NCBI GenBank assembly: GCA_963718995.1
Contig: CAVRAP010000008.1
Location: 1,236-65,235 of the forward strand
DNA from: an uncultured Actinomycetota bacterium
Lineage (GTDB): Bacteria > Actinomycetota > Acidimicrobiia > Spongiisociales > UBA4744
Length of the DNA: 64,000 nucleotides
Reading direction: 5' to 3'
Shown here: piece after piece, positions 8,772 to 20,133 of the stretch
How the letters are laid out: every line of letters begins with the position of its first letter
How positions within the stretch are numbered: the first letter of the stretch is position 1
Program-made: the position numbers and the translations under genes
Notes under the pieces: model-generated
What the model was told of the DNA's origin: nothing
The model's input: only the letters and a program-made list of their open reading frames with translations
The model's database searches: none

Positions 8772-9619
8772 TTCCTCCTGCGCCGTTTGCGCTTCTTGGC
8801 TGACACCGGCTGCGAGACCGGCTTAGGCGGTGTTTCTACGGGATCGGGTTCCGGTTCCCGGGGGGCCGGTGTTGGACGGCCATCCATCTTGAAGATCAAC
8901 GCCTGTTGGCCGATCCGGAAGAAGTTGGCCGTGATGAAGTAGACGTTCAACCCTGCCGGGAAGGTGTACGCAAAGAAGCCGAACATCAGGGGCATGATCT
9001 TCGTGATCATTTGCATCTGCCGAGCCTGGTCGCTGTCCTGTTTCTGCCCGCGCGTCGTCTGCCATTGCTGGAAGTACGCGGTGCCCAGGACGACGAGCAC
9101 GGCCGCGAAATAGGGGAGGGCCGTGCCGAGGTCGAAGCCCGTGTCGGCACCGACGATCTCGCTTGGCGCCTTGCTGAGGTCCATGCCGAGGAACCTCTGC
9201 GGCGCCGTACTCAGTGCCTGGTAGAGAGCGGAATCCGCCGGAACGAAGGGAATCTGCTCAACACCGTCGGTGGACACATTGAGCGGGTTTCTGAGCAACC
9301 GGAATAGCCCGAACCAGATAGGCATTTGGATCAGCATCGGGAAGAGGCAGCCGGCCGGGTTGACGCCCTTTTCCTTGTAGAGCGCCATCATCTCTTTCTG
9401 GAGCGTCTCCTGCTCGTCCTTGTATTTCTTCTGGAGTTTCTTGACTTCCGGCTGGATTTCGGTCATGGCCCTCGTCGAACGCGTCTGTTTGAGGGTCAAG
9501 GGGAACATCAGCACATTGACCACGAGCGTCAGGAAAATTATGGAAAGCCCGTAGTTTGGGATGATTTCGTAGAAGAACGTCATCGGAACGGCGATGATCC
9601 TGGCCAGTGTGTCGAGCAT
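8768..9619 (-). CDS. yidC: membrane protein insertase YidC (short actinobacterial form)
   Basis: 60 kDa inner-membrane insertase core with five TM helices; 4-nt overlaps with neighbours. Confidence 0.9.
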   Translation of the reverse strand: MLDTLARIIAVPMTFFYEIIPNYGLSIIFLTLVVNVLMFPLTLKQTRSTRAMTEIQPEVKKLQKKYKDEQETLQKEMMALYKEKGVNPAGCLFPMLIQMPIWFGLFRLLRNPLNVSTDGVEQIPFVPADSALYQALSTAPQRFLGMDLSKAPSEIVGADTGFDLGTALPYFAAVLVVLGTAYFQQWQTTRGQKQDSDQARQMQMITKIMPLMFGFFAYTFPAGLNVYFITANFFRIGQQALIFKMDGRPTPAPREPEPDPVETPPKPVSQPVSAKKRKRRRRK

Positions 9620-9882
9620 TAGCGGTCTTTCCTAGAGGTGGCGGGTACCGGGTCGTATCCGCCCTCAGCGAGCGGATGGCACCGGCCGATTCGTTTCATT
9701 CCCATCCACGTTCCCCGCATCAGCCCGAAACGGCCAATGGCCTCGTAGGAATAGCTGGAACAGGTAGGGGAGTAACGGCAGTTCTTGCCCATGGAGGGCG
9801 AAAAGGCTTTCTGGTAGGTGCGAATAGCGGCGCGCCCCAACCAGGCCGCCGGCCCGGTTCTTCTTGCTTCGAGATCATCCAC
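9619..9882 (-). CDS. yidD: membrane protein insertion efficiency factor YidD
   Basis: [10 protein letters not shown]...[15 protein letters not shown] signature; GTG start at 9882 (alternatives 9897 or 9933) overlapping the rnpA 3' end. Confidence 0.75.
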   Translation of the reverse strand: MDDLEARRTGPAAWLGRAAIRTYQKAFSPSMGKNCRYSPTCSSYSYEAIGRFGLMRGTWMGMKRIGRCHPLAEGGYDPVPATSRKDR

Positions 9883-10240
9883 CTGGTGTCTCCTCACCAA
9901 CCGCCCCTTGCAACCATCGCACAACTTCGCCAAACGGTGCGGTCAGCACCGTTTCTGAAGCAATGACCACATAGTCATGGCCGTCTCGCAGGGGTATCCC
10001 CACAAGCGCTTCCCTGAGGCGGCGTTTCGCACGGTTGCGTTGCACGGCGCCGCCTATTCTCTTCTTCCCGGCCACCACGCCAACGCGCGGAGGACCCGGA
10101 TCGCCCGATGCCACGATAACGACCACACCGCCCCTACGAAGACGTCTTCCTCTACGAAAGACCCGCTGGAAGGCGACACGACCACGAAGAGGAGCGTACG
10201 GCCGGCCGCTAGGCGGAGATACGCTGACGACCTTTGGCAC
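9875..10240 (-). CDS. rnpA: ribonuclease P protein component
   Basis: Basic RnpA motif ([11 protein letters not shown]...[19 protein letters not shown]); position between rpmH and yidD. Confidence 0.8.
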   Translation of the reverse strand: MPKVVSVSPPSGRPYAPLRGRVAFQRVFRRGRRLRRGGVVVIVASGDPGPPRVGVVAGKKRIGGAVQRNRAKRRLREALVGIPLRDGHDYVVIASETVLTAPFGEVVRWLQGAVGEETPGG

Positions 10241-10343
10241 GCCTGCGCTTCAGGATCGCCCGTCCGGAACGTGTACGCATCCGGGAACGAAAGCCATGCT
10301 TTCTCTTGCGTCGCCGAACGTTGGGTTGGTAGGTACGTTTCAT
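10209..10343 (-). CDS. rpmH: 50S ribosomal protein L34
   Basis: [44 protein letters not shown], 44 aa from the internal ATG. Confidence 0.9.
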   Translation of the reverse strand: MKRTYQPNVRRRKRKHGFRSRMRTRSGRAILKRRRAKGRQRISA

Positions 10344-10765
10344 CGAGACCCCGGTTTCGAAAGAAGAGGCAAACGAAAAGGTTACTGCGGGCTGGTCACT
10401 TGTCAAAGGCGTGGACGCCGGGCGACCGGCCGGTCAGGGCTACGGGTCGTGACGGAACGACCACCCGGGGAGGACCCCGCGAAGACTTTTCCTAGTGCGC
10501 GAAAAGCAGTCTTGCCCTGATTCGTGGGGGTAAGGGGGGGTTCGAGGGTTGTTCCAATCCGGCGAAAAGGAGTCCCAAGCTGGGCAAACTTAATCCGTCA
10601 TAGCGTCGGAAAAGTCTGGGAAGAGCCGATTTCGCGTTTTTGTGGGTCACCCGGTCACGTCATATACTCGCTCACCGTTGGCACCCGTGGAGTGGCCCCA
10701 CTTCCCCCGGATGGAATACATCCGGCTGTGGCCGCTTCGCCTGAGGGACCGACGTGCAGGCTGGT

Positions 10766-10798
10766 TTCTCCACATATTGTGGACAGGTCTGTGGATAG
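10766..10798. promoter_or_regulatory. cluster of three DnaA boxes in the dnaA promoter region (TTCTCCACA, TTGTGGACA, TGTGGATAG)
   Basis: Matches to the actinobacterial DnaA-box consensus TTGTCCACA 40-70 bp upstream of the dnaA GTG; typical autoregulatory arrangement. Confidence 0.5.
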
Positions 10799-10837
10799 AG
10801 ATGTTGTAAGCAGACGTAGTGACTCGGGAGGGGACAC

Positions 10838-12208
10838 GTGGCGGAACCTCAGTCGCTGACGGGGGAAGTGGACTACTTCAGAAACGCGGTGCAATCCCGT
10901 GTGAGTCCCGTCAACTGGCAAACCTGGCTGGCTCCACTTGGAGTACGACCGAACGATGGTTCGGTCAGCATCACCGCACCAAGCGAATTCCATCTGCGGT
11001 GGGTCCGTGAGAAGCACTTGGCCGTTCTCGAGGAGGCCGCACTGGCAACGTTCGGGCCCGGGAGCGAACTGATCTTCGATATCGATCTCACCGACCTGGC
11101 GATGAGGGATACCAACTTCGAGGACGAGGAGGAAGGGCCGCCGGTCAGTGCCAACAGCCGCCCGCCCGAATTGGCGCCGGCAGAGCGGCGCCTCCAGGCC
11201 AAATACACCTTCGAAAATTTCGTCGTAGGACAATCAAACCGGTTCGCTCATGCAGCCGCGATGGCCGTCGCCGAACAACCCGGCGGGCATTACAACCCCC
11301 TCTTCATCTACGGCGGCGCCGGGCTGGGGAAGACCCATCTCCTCCACGCCGTCGGGCACCATGCTCTCGAGCTGCGGCCGGCCGCCGTTGTTCGCTACGT
11401 ATCTTCAGAGAACTTCTTCAATGAATTCATCGACGGGATCCGCAAGAAACGCATGGATGAGTTCAAAGCCCGATATCGCACGACCGATGTATTGCTCCTC
11501 GACGACGTGCAGTTCTTTGAGCGGAAGGAACAGATCCTCGAGGAGTTCTTCCACACCTTCAACGACCTGTACGAGGCCGGCAAGCAAATGGTCATCAGCT
11601 CCGACCGGCATCCCAAACACCTCGCGACCCTCGAAGACCGTCTGCGGAGCCGGTTCGAGTGGGGCCTCCTGACCGATATCCAACCACCCGACGTGGAGAC
11701 CCGTATTGCGATCCTTCGCAAGAACGCGGAGTTTGCTCCCAAGCCGGTTGGGGCCGACGTTCTTCATTTCATCGGTGAGCATGTCCAGGACAACATCCGG
11801 GAACTCGAAGGCGCTCTGACCCGCGTCACTGCTTATGCGGCCCTCACCAATCAGACCATTTCCCTCGAGATGGCCAAGGATGTACTGCAGGATCTGGTGC
11901 CGGCCGCATCACAACGACCCGTCACGGCCGAAGACATCATCAACGCCACTGCTGCTGCCTTCGGATTCTCTCCAGACGATCTCCGGAGCCCGAGCCGGCG
12001 TCAGCCCCTTGTCCTGTCTCGCCAGGTTGCGATGTACGTGTGTCGCGAACAAACCGATCTGTCTCTCCCGAAGATCGGGGCCCTGTTTGGCGGCCGGGAC
12101 CACACCACCGTCATGCACGCCATCGACAAAGTGAAGCGACTCTTGCTCACCGATCACCAGGTCTTTGAGCGAGTCACCGCTCTCTCCCAACAGCTGAGGA
12201 GAACGTGA
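10838..12208 (+). CDS. dnaA: chromosomal replication initiator protein DnaA
   Basis: AAA+ Walker A ([13 protein letters not shown]), Walker B (LLLDDVQF), DnaA signature, C-terminal DNA-binding domain (VAMYVCRE...[20 protein letters not shown]); GTG start with SD GGGAGGGG. Confidence 0.95.
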   Translation: MAEPQSLTGEVDYFRNAVQSRVSPVNWQTWLAPLGVRPNDGSVSITAPSEFHLRWVREKHLAVLEEAALATFGPGSELIFDIDLTDLAMRDTNFEDEEEGPPVSANSRPPELAPAERRLQAKYTFENFVVGQSNRFAHAAAMAVAEQPGGHYNPLFIYGGAGLGKTHLLHAVGHHALELRPAAVVRYVSSENFFNEFIDGIRKKRMDEFKARYRTTDVLLLDDVQFFERKEQILEEFFHTFNDLYEAGKQMVISSDRHPKHLATLEDRLRSRFEWGLLTDIQPPDVETRIAILRKNAEFAPKPVGADVLHFIGEHVQDNIRELEGALTRVTAYAALTNQTISLEMAKDVLQDLVPAASQRPVTAEDIINATAAAFGFSPDDLRSPSRRQPLVLSRQVAMYVCREQTDLSLPKIGALFGGRDHTTVMHAIDKVKRLLLTDHQVFERVTALSQQLRRT

Positions 12209-12397
12209 TCTTGTCCACACGAAGCTGCGGTCTTGTCGCGGGTGCGGTGGATAACGCCGACACCTGTCCCCATGGGGTGTGGACGGACCGCAGGTAAGGT
12301 GACCAGCCCTTTTGGTGAGTTCTCCCCAATCCACAGGGCCTACTACAACTACTACCGTTTAGTTACAAAAACATAGAAGCAGAAGGGATGGGACAAC
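12209..12397. other. oriC, chromosomal origin of replication in the dnaA-dnaN intergenic region
   Basis: At least five DnaA boxes (TTGTCCACA at 12211, GTGGATAAC at 12248, TGTCCCCA, TGTGGACGG at 12277, ATCCACAGG at 12329), then an AT-rich stretch (12341-12385) as a candidate DNA unwinding element. Confidence 0.7.
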
Positions 12398-13484
12398 TTG
12401 CGGATTCGAGCTGAAAGAGACGACCTGGCCGATGTGTTCTCGAGAGCCAATCGAGGAGTCGGGGTACGTCCTGCCCAGGCCATCCTGCAAGGCGTCTTGT
12501 GCGAGGTACAGGGCAACAACCTCAAAGTCACCGGGACCGACCTGGAGATGACCGTCAGGACCACCACAGAAGTGGAAGTCCTGGAGGAAGGTTCCATCGT
12601 GATCCCTGCCCGTTTGGCTACGGAGGCCATCAAGAAGATGCCGATCGGAGCAGTCACGCTTTCCTCGAGCGACGGCGAGGTCGAGATCATGGGAGCGGGA
12701 CCGCGCTTCAGCCTGCGGGAGCTGCCGGTGGACGAATTCCCCCATCTCGGTGAGGTGGACTTCACAGGAGCGGTTGACGCCGATGGCGACGAGTTGATTG
12801 CCGCCATTGCCCAGGCCACCGTGGGAGCTTCGATTGACTCAGCCCGACCCATCTTGACCGGGGTTCTCTTTGAGAAAGACGACGAGGGCGTCCGCCTGGT
12901 CGCGACCGACTCGTATCGGTCTGGCTGTTCGCAAGCTGCCCGGCGTTGCTTTGAAAGATTCGGGACTCGTGCCCGCTCGCGGGCTGCGGGAAATGAGCCG
13001 GACGGTCGGCGCCGCCAAGATGCAGTTCTCGATCCAGCAGCGAGAGGCCGTCTTCGGCTCCTCGCGCGGGTCGCTGACCTTGCGCCTCATCGAGGGAACC
13101 TTCCCCAACTACCGGCAGCTCCTTCCCGAGTCCTACCCCAATCGCGTGGTTGTTACCAAGGAAGGGTTGCTCGAAGCGCTCGGAAGGGCGTCCCTTGTGG
13201 CCGAGGATCACATTCCGGTGCGGCTCCGGTTGATGGAAGGTGGCGTCGAGGTCACGGTCACCCGCCAGGACGTTGGAGGCGAAACGGAACACATCCCCGG
13301 CGAGTATCAGGGCGAAGCTGAGGACGTGACCATTGCGTTCAACCCGCGTTACCTGACGGACGGGGTAGCGGCTATCGATTCGGACAAGGTGCAGATCGAG
13401 GTCACCGATGGACTCAAGCCAAGCGTGATCCGCGGCGTTGATGATGATCGGTTCACCTATCTGTTGATGCCCGTTCGCATCTGA
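12398..13484 (+). CDS. dnaN: DNA polymerase III beta sliding clamp; one apparent single-base insertion near 12920 splits it into two track ORFs
   Basis: N-terminal 175 aa in ORF 12398..13321 and C-terminal 190 aa in ORF 12870..13484 are colinear DnaN; deleting one T after cgg at ~12920 gives VATDSYRLAVRKLPG; TTG start with SD AAGGGA. Confidence 0.85.
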
Positions 13485-14579
13485 ATGGAGTTCTCCTGGC
13501 TCGAGCTCAGGGATTTCCGCTCGTACCGTGAACTTCGGATCGAACCCGATCCCTCCATCAACGTGCTGGTTGGGGCAAATGGTGCGGGGAAAACCAACCT
13601 CCTCGAGGGTGCTGCGTATCTCAGCGCCCTCCGTTCGTTCCGGGGGGCACCCGACGAAGCCTTGATCAACGACGAGTCTGAAGCAGCGGTAGTTCGGGGT
13701 GAGGTGCGACATGCGGAAAGCACCTCACTCATCGAACTCGAGCTCCCGCGCAGCGGCCGGCGGCGTGTCCGGGTGAACGGCCAGCGTCCGGCTCGTTCGA
13801 CAGATCTCCTGGGTCATGTGCGGGCGGTCATGTTCCTTCCCGATGACCTCGACATCGTCAAGAGGGGCCCGGCCTACAGACGGGACTTCCTCGATGCGGT
13901 CGCGGTGCAGCTCTGGCCGGGGGCCTACCTCGACCAGCAGGAATACGATCGGGCGTTGCGTCAGCGAAACTCACTGCTGCGGCAGTCGGGCTGGGACGTG
14001 GATCGGCCCACGCTGGCCGTCTGGGATCAACGGCTGTCACAGGCAGCCGGCAAAATGATGGTGCGTCGCGCCGGCGCAGCCGCTGCCCTGCGGGAACGTG
14101 TTGCGGAAACCTATGCCCGCCTTTCGGGGGCGGGGACGCCTGTTGAGATGCTCTATGCCTCGAAGTGGGGAGGCTCGTTGGAGGGACAACCAGCGGAGCA
14201 TACGGCGGTCCGGCTGGCCGAAGCCCTGGAAGGCAGCCGTCGGGCGGATACCGAACGGAGGGTGACGACCATGGGACCCCATCGAGACGAACCCTGGTTC
14301 ACGGTGGCGGGCCGCGACGCCAGGACCCGGGCCAGCCAAGGGGAGCAGCGAACGCTGGCCCTGAGCCTGCGCCTGGCTTCGCATGCGGCCATCAGTGAGG
14401 CCACCGGGGAAACGGCCTTGCTGCTCCTTGACGACGTTTTCTCCGAGTTGGATATGGAGCGAGCCAATGCATTGGCCGGCATGCTGCCACCGGCCCAGAC
14501 TTTCATAACGACGGCTCGGGAAGAGGAAGTGCCGGTGCACGGCCGCACCTTCGTGGTCGAGCCGGGGAGGATCCGATGA
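13485..14579 (+). CDS. recF: DNA replication and repair protein RecF
   Basis: Walker A (GANGAGKTNLLEG), SMC-like signature and Walker B (LLLDDVFSELD). Confidence 0.9.
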   Translation: MEFSWLELRDFRSYRELRIEPDPSINVLVGANGAGKTNLLEGAAYLSALRSFRGAPDEALINDESEAAVVRGEVRHAESTSLIELELPRSGRRRVRVNGQRPARSTDLLGHVRAVMFLPDDLDIVKRGPAYRRDFLDAVAVQLWPGAYLDQQEYDRALRQRNSLLRQSGWDVDRPTLAVWDQRLSQAAGKMMVRRAGAAAALRERVAETYARLSGAGTPVEMLYASKWGGSLEGQPAEHTAVRLAEALEGSRRADTERRVTTMGPHRDEPWFTVAGRDARTRASQGEQRTLALSLRLASHAAISEATGETALLLLDDVFSELDMERANALAGMLPPAQTFITTAREEEVPVHGRTFVVEPGRIR

Positions 14580-14887
14580 GCAAACTCGAACCGATGGGCG
14601 GCCTGGTAGCCCGGGCCCTGAAGAACCTCGGCGTCGAGCGACTCGATGTGACGCTCAGTCTGGTCGCCGAGTGGGACGAGCTCACGCCCGAACCGTGGCG
14701 GTCGCACGCTACGCCGCTGCTCCTCAAGGGAGGAGAGCTTCTCGTCGAAGCAGACTCTCCGCCGGCGGTCAGTCTCCTCCGGTACGCCGTCGGCGACCTC
14801 CTGCGGAGCCTCGATGAACGCTTTGGCGAGGGCGTCATCGGGTCGGTCCGCGTGCAGTCTCCGCCCCCGGCGGGTCGACGCGCCTAG
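14576..14887 (+). CDS. DUF721 (DciA-like) protein in the conserved recF-gyrB gap
   Basis: 103-aa ORF with 4-nt overlap to recF; same position as the mycobacterial DUF721 gene. Confidence 0.7.
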   Translation: MSKLEPMGGLVARALKNLGVERLDVTLSLVAEWDELTPEPWRSHATPLLLKGGELLVEADSPPAVSLLRYAVGDLLRSLDERFGEGVIGSVRVQSPPPAGRRA

Positions 14888-15054
14888 AGAGGGTCAAAGC
14901 ATTTGGAATGGTCCGTAGGTATTGGCGTTTTCGCCTCTTCAGAGCTTGGGGTAGTCGGCCCAAACGGGTATACTTACATGCGTGTAAACAAGGGCTCTGG
15001 CGAGACTCGTCGGGTGGTTTCGCTGTCGGCCCGTTTTCTTTTTGAAGGAGCGTT

Positions 15055-16978
15055 GTGAGTACTGCGAATCGCGCCTCTGAGAGGTACGAGGCCGCCGATA
15101 TCACCGTCCTCGAAGGCCTCGAGGCGGTCCGGCGCCGTCCGGGCATGTATATCGGATCGACCGGACCACGGGGCCTCCACCATCTCTTGTGGGAAGTGGT
15201 GGACAACTCGGTCGACGAGGCGATGGCCGGCTTCTGCACGCGTATTGATGTGACCATCCGCGAAGACGAAAGCGTGCAAGTACGGGACAACGGTCGCGGC
15301 ATCCCGGTCGACAGACACAAGAAGACCAAACAGTCGGCACTGACCACCGTTCTGACCACCCTGCACGCCGGGGGTAAGTTCGAAGCGGGCGCCTACCAGG
15401 TCTCCGGCGGCTTGCATGGCGTCGGCGTTTCGGTCGTCAACGCCTTGTCGGCTCGACTTGAAGCCGAGATTGTGCGCGACGGGTTCCAATGGACGCAGAT
15501 CTTCGAGGAAGGCTATCCCGATCGGTCCCGTCAAGAAGGGCAAACCCGCCAAACGGACCGGCACCCAGATCACCTATTGGCCGTCGCCGAAAACGTTCGT
15601 TGAAACCCGGTCCCTGGACCTGAGTATCGTGACGGCCCGGCTCCGCGAGATGGCATTCCTCAATCGGGGCCTGGAGATTCGACTCGTCGACGAACGAGAA
15701 GAAGAACCTGTCGAAGAGGTCTTTCACTACAAGGGTGGCCTGATCGACTACATCAAGCACCTCAACGCAACGAAGGATCCGCTGCACGCCCACATCATCT
15801 ACTTCGACGATCAGAGCGAAGATGCCGAAGTCGAGGTGGCGATGCAGTGGACGTCCTCATATACCGAGACGGTTCTGAGCTTCGCCAACAACATCAACAC
15901 CCATGAAGGCGGTACGCACGAGGAAGGGTTCAGAAAGGCACTGACGAGGGCGCTCAACGACTTCGCCAGATCCAAGGGGCTCCTCAAGGAGAAGGACGAA
16001 AACCTCACAGGCGAGGACGTGCGAGAAGGTTTGACGGCGGTGGTTTCGGTCAAGGTGCGCTCTCCGCAATTCGAGGGACAAACTAAGACCAAACTGGGGA
16101 ACACCGAGATCCGTGGCTATGTAGAGAAGACGCTCAATCGCCTCCTGCCCGAATGGCTGGAGAGGTACGGCGGCGAGGGACGCTCGATTGCGGACAAGAG
16201 CCTCATGGCTTCCCGGGCCAGGTTGGCAGCCCGCAAGGCAAGGGAGCTGACCCGGCGCAAGAGCATGCTCGAGTCGGCCAGCCTGCCCGGCAAGCTCGCC
16301 GATTGTTCATCGCGCGACGCATCGGTGAGTGAATTGTTCATCGTCGAGGGGGACAGCGCCGCCGGTCCCGCCAAGCAGGGACGAAACAGCGAAACTCAGG
16401 CAATCCTCCCCATTCGCGGCAAGATCATCAACGTTGAGAAGGCCCGTCTCGCGAAAGCCCTGCAAAACACGGAGATCCAGTCGCTGATAACCGCCATCGG
16501 GACGAGCATCGGCGAGGAATTCGATATCGCGAAGGCTCGCTACCACAAGGTGATTTTGCTGACCGACGCCGACGTAGACGGGGCTCATATCCGCACCCTG
16601 CTGCTGACGTTCTTCTTCCGTCATATGCGGCCCCTCATCGAGGCCGGGTACGTCTACTTCGCCCAACCCCCGCTCTATAGGGTCAAGGCCGGCAAAGAAG
16701 TTCACTACCTCGGGTCCGACGAGGAACTCGAGCAGCTCAGAGAAGAACTGAGCGGGAGAAAGCTCGACGTCAGCCGATTCAAAGGCCTTGGTGAAATGAA
16801 TGCCTCTGAGCTGCGAGACACCTCCATGGATCCCGCCCTGCGACATCTCGTCAGGGTCGAACTGGAGGACGCTGCGCTGTCGGAGGAGGTCTTCTCAACG
16901 CTGATGGGGGATGACGTCGCTTCCCGTAAACACTTTATCCAGCGCAATGCCAAGGACGTCCGGTTCCTCGACGTCTGA
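15055..16978 (+). CDS. gyrB: DNA gyrase subunit B; one apparent single-base insertion near 15520 splits it into two track ORFs
   Basis: N-terminal ATPase (ORF 15055..15603) and remainder (ORF 15416..16978) are colinear GyrB in frames offset by one; the junction reads ...QIFEEGYP / [26 protein letters not shown]; GTG start with SD GAAGGAG. Confidence 0.9.
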
Positions 16979-16993
16979 TAGGGAGAGACGAAC

Positions 16994-19447
16994 ATGGTCG
17001 ATGAAAGAACCTACGAAGAGAACAACCTCGTCGTCGACATCAACGATGAGGTCAAGAAGTCCTTTCTCGACTATGCCATGTCGGTCATCGTGTCGCGAGC
17101 CCTCCCCGACGTTCGGGACGGTTTGAAGCCGGTACAGCGTCGGATCGTGTATGCCATGTTCGAGGCCGGAATGCGGCCGGGGACCAGCTTTCGAAAGTGC
17201 GCGACCGTGGTCGGCAACGTCATGGGCAGCTATCACCCCCATGGCAACGATGCCATCTACGACGCCCTGGTTCGTCTCGGACAGGATTTCAGCTCTCGCT
17301 ATCCCTTGATCTCGCCCCAGGGCAACTTCGGGACCATCGACGACCCGCCGGCGGCCATGCGGTACACCGAGAGTCGCCTGTCGCCGATTGCCATGCACCT
17401 GCTGGAAGGAATTCGCGAGAACACGGTCGACTTTCAGGACAACTACAGCGGCGAATCATCGGAGCCGATCGTCTTGCCCGCCCGATACCCGAACCTTCTG
17501 GCCAACGGGGCCACCGGGATCGCCGTAGGCATGGCTACCAACATCCCACCCCACAACCTCGGCGAAGTGATTGATGCGGTCATTTTTGCGATCGATAACC
17601 CGGACGCACCGATCGAGGACTTCCTGAAGATCGTTAAGGGGCCGGACTTCCCGACGGGCGCCTACCTGGTCGGTACGAGCGGCATCCGCGATGCGCTGAC
17701 CACGGGACGAGGCTCGGTGAAGATGCGGGCCGTTACGGACGTTCAAGAGATCCGCAAGGGCCGCACGGCCATCATTGTCACCGAGCTGCCCTATCAGGTC
17801 TCTCAGGATCGGGTCCTGGCCAAGATCGCCGACCTCGTCCACGAGAAGAAGATCGCCGGAATATCCGATCTGCGCAACGAGAGTTCGGCCCGGCTCGGCA
17901 CCCGGTTGGTCATCGAACTCAAGCGGGACGCCGTCCCGCAGGTGGTGGTCAACCAGCTCTTCAAGATGACCCAGCTGCAGGAGACATTCGGGGTGAACGC
18001 GGTAGCGCTGGTCGACGGCGTCCCGCGCACCTTGAATATCGCCGAGATGGTCGGTTACTACATCGACCATCAGATGGAAGTAGTTGAACGGCGCACGCTC
18101 CATCGATTGGAGGACGCGAAGGCGAAAGCACATGTCCTCGAAGGGCTGATTATTGCCGTCGACAACATCGACGAAGTTGTGCAGATCATTCGTTCGTCCG
18201 AAGACACCCCGACGGCCAAAAGCCGCTTGATCGAGCGGTTCGGGCTCTCGGAGATCCAGGCGAACGCCATCCTGGAGATGCCCCTCCGTCGTCTGACTGC
18301 CCTGGAAACGGGGAAACTACGCGAGGACCTGCAGCAATTGAAGGACCTCGTCGCCGAGCTGGAGGCCATTTTGGCCGATCCCGCTCGCCGGCGGTCCATC
18401 ATCGTTGAGGAATTGACCGAAATCCGCCAGAAGTTCGCCGACAAGCGCCGGAGCAGGATCATTCCCGACGAAGGAGATCTCTCTCTGGAAGACCTCATTG
18501 CCGACGATGACCTCGTCGTGACGGTCTCCGCCAATGGATACCTCAAATCCGTGGAGGCCAGTATCTATCGAACCCAGGGCCGGGGGGGCCGGGGAGTCAA
18601 GGCGGCTTCGCTTCACGAGGACGACGTCGTCAACAAGCTCGTCCATACAACGGCGCATGCCTACCTGTTGTTCTTCACCAACCAGGGCAAGGTTCATCGG
18701 ATCAGGACGCACGAAATCCCCCGCAAAGACCGAACCGCGAAGGGTGTGTTGGCGCAATCGGTGCTTCCCCTCGAACCCGAAGAACGGATCGAGGCCGTGA
18801 TCGATACGCGCAACTATGAGACGTCGCGCTTTCTCGTGATGGTCACCAAGAAAGGCCTGGTCAAGAAGACGCCATTCAGCGACTACGACTCCCGGAATTC
18901 GACCCTGGTCGCCATCAACCTGGTTGAGGGAGATGAGCTGGTCGCCGTCCGTACCACCAATGGTGAGAACGACATGCTCCTATTCACCGAAATGGGCCAG
19001 GGGATCCGCTTCTCAGAGAAGGACCTGCGGCCGATGGGGCGGGCAACCCGTGGAGTGCGGGGCGTCAAGCTTCGTGAAGGAGACCGGGTCATCGGGGCCG
19101 CGTCGAGTTCCGATGGAGAGCAGGTCTTGCTCATCACCTCGGGCGGCTACGGAAAGCGCGTTGCGATGAGCGGGTTTCCCAATCAACGTCGCGGCGGTCT
19201 GGGAGTGAAGGCCATCAAGCTGACCAAGGTGCGCGGGACGCTCGTCGGTGCTCGAGCGATTCTCGACGGTACGCAGATCTTCGTTATCTCCTCGGACGGG
19301 GTGGTCATCCGGACCAAGGTGAATCAGATCAGCCGTCAGAAGCGGGAAGCCAGTGGTGTCAAGGTGATGAACATGCCTGCCGGTACGACCATCTCGGCAT
19401 TTGCACCTATCCCGAAGGAAGAAGAGGAAGAGGTTCCGGGGAACTAG
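16994..19447 (+). CDS. gyrA: DNA gyrase subunit A
   Basis: 817 aa with catalytic Tyr region, QRDR ([13 protein letters not shown]) and a GyrA-box-type C-terminal beta-pinwheel. Confidence 0.95.
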   Translation: MVDERTYEENNLVVDINDEVKKSFLDYAMSVIVSRALPDVRDGLKPVQRRIVYAMFEAGMRPGTSFRKCATVVGNVMGSYHPHGNDAIYDALVRLGQDFSSRYPLISPQGNFGTIDDPPAAMRYTESRLSPIAMHLLEGIRENTVDFQDNYSGESSEPIVLPARYPNLLANGATGIAVGMATNIPPHNLGEVIDAVIFAIDNPDAPIEDFLKIVKGPDFPTGAYLVGTSGIRDALTTGRGSVKMRAVTDVQEIRKGRTAIIVTELPYQVSQDRVLAKIADLVHEKKIAGISDLRNESSARLGTRLVIELKRDAVPQVVVNQLFKMTQLQETFGVNAVALVDGVPRTLNIAEMVGYYIDHQMEVVERRTLHRLEDAKAKAHVLEGLIIAVDNIDEVVQIIRSSEDTPTAKSRLIERFGLSEIQANAILEMPLRRLTALETGKLREDLQQLKDLVAELEAILADPARRRSIIVEELTEIRQKFADKRRSRIIPDEGDLSLEDLIADDDLVVTVSANGYLKSVEASIYRTQGRGGRGVKAASLHEDDVVNKLVHTTAHAYLLFFTNQGKVHRIRTHEIPRKDRTAKGVLAQSVLPLEPEERIEAVIDTRNYETSRFLVMVTKKGLVKKTPFSDYDSRNSTLVAINLVEGDELVAVRTTNGENDMLLFTEMGQGIRFSEKDLRPMGRATRGVRGVKLREGDRVIGAASSSDGEQVLLITSGGYGKRVAMSGFPNQRRGGLGVKAIKLTKVRGTLVGARAILDGTQIFVISSDGVVIRTKVNQISRQKREASGVKVMNMPAGTTISAFAPIPKEEEEEVPGN

Positions 19448-19538
19448 TCGACGGGCGACGTCGTTGCGTCGGGGGATGGATCACCGGGGTTACCGAGGTT
19501 GGGCGTTACACTCGCCCCCACACGAGGAGTTGGTGGAT

Positions 19539-20057
19539 ATGACATCCGTGCGGCGAGTACGCAGGGTCATACGAAAATTCGATCCGTGGACTGTTTTGAA
19601 GGTCTCGATCGTCTTCTACGCCGTGATGGCCGTTGCCATCGTTCTCGGCCTGGTCATCCTTTGGGCGGTGGTCAACAACGCCGGTATTCCCCAGGCCATC
19701 GAAGACTTCGGCAAGAAGATCACGCTGCTCGAGGCGGATGCGGAGTTGTTTGCCGACGGCGAGCGTTATCTGCGAGTCGCCGTCTTCCTCGGCGTCGTGT
19801 GGACCGTTCTCTTTACGGGGTTCACGACCCTGGCAGCCGTCATGTACAACCTCATCTCCGACATCGTCGGCGGGATTGAGATTGTCGTTCTGGAAGAGAC
19901 CCTCAACGCTCCGCAGGGCATGCAATCGGGCGTTCGCATTCCGCGTAGCTGGCAGACGACTACTCCTCCACCCCCCTCAGCCCTCCCGGCCGATCAGGTC
20001 GACCTGGCGACCGAAGAAGTGGTACTCAGCGAAGAACCTGCCGCGGTCTTCTTTTGA
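19539..20057 (+). CDS. DUF3566-family membrane protein conserved downstream of gyrA
   Basis: Internal ATG at 19539 with SD GAGGAG; two TM helices; position equals mycobacterial Rv0007. Confidence 0.65.
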   Translation: MTSVRRVRRVIRKFDPWTVLKVSIVFYAVMAVAIVLGLVILWAVVNNAGIPQAIEDFGKKITLLEADAELFADGERYLRVAVFLGVVWTVLFTGFTTLAAVMYNLISDIVGGIEIVVLEETLNAPQGMQSGVRIPRSWQTTTPPPPSALPADQVDLATEEVVLSEEPAAVFF

Positions 20058-20117
20058 GGTGCGCAGCTCGTAACGCACCCCGTCCTCCACGCGGCCGCAG
20101 TCGAGCGGCCGCTTTCG
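20058..20117 (+). terminator. GC-rich hairpins followed by TTTCG; candidate bidirectional terminator between convergent genes
   Basis: GGTGCG...CGCACC and GCGGCCGC-agtcgag-CGGCCGC stems followed by a T-tract, immediately after the stop at 20057. Confidence 0.5.
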
Positions 20118-20133
20118 AGGCTGACGGCCCCGG

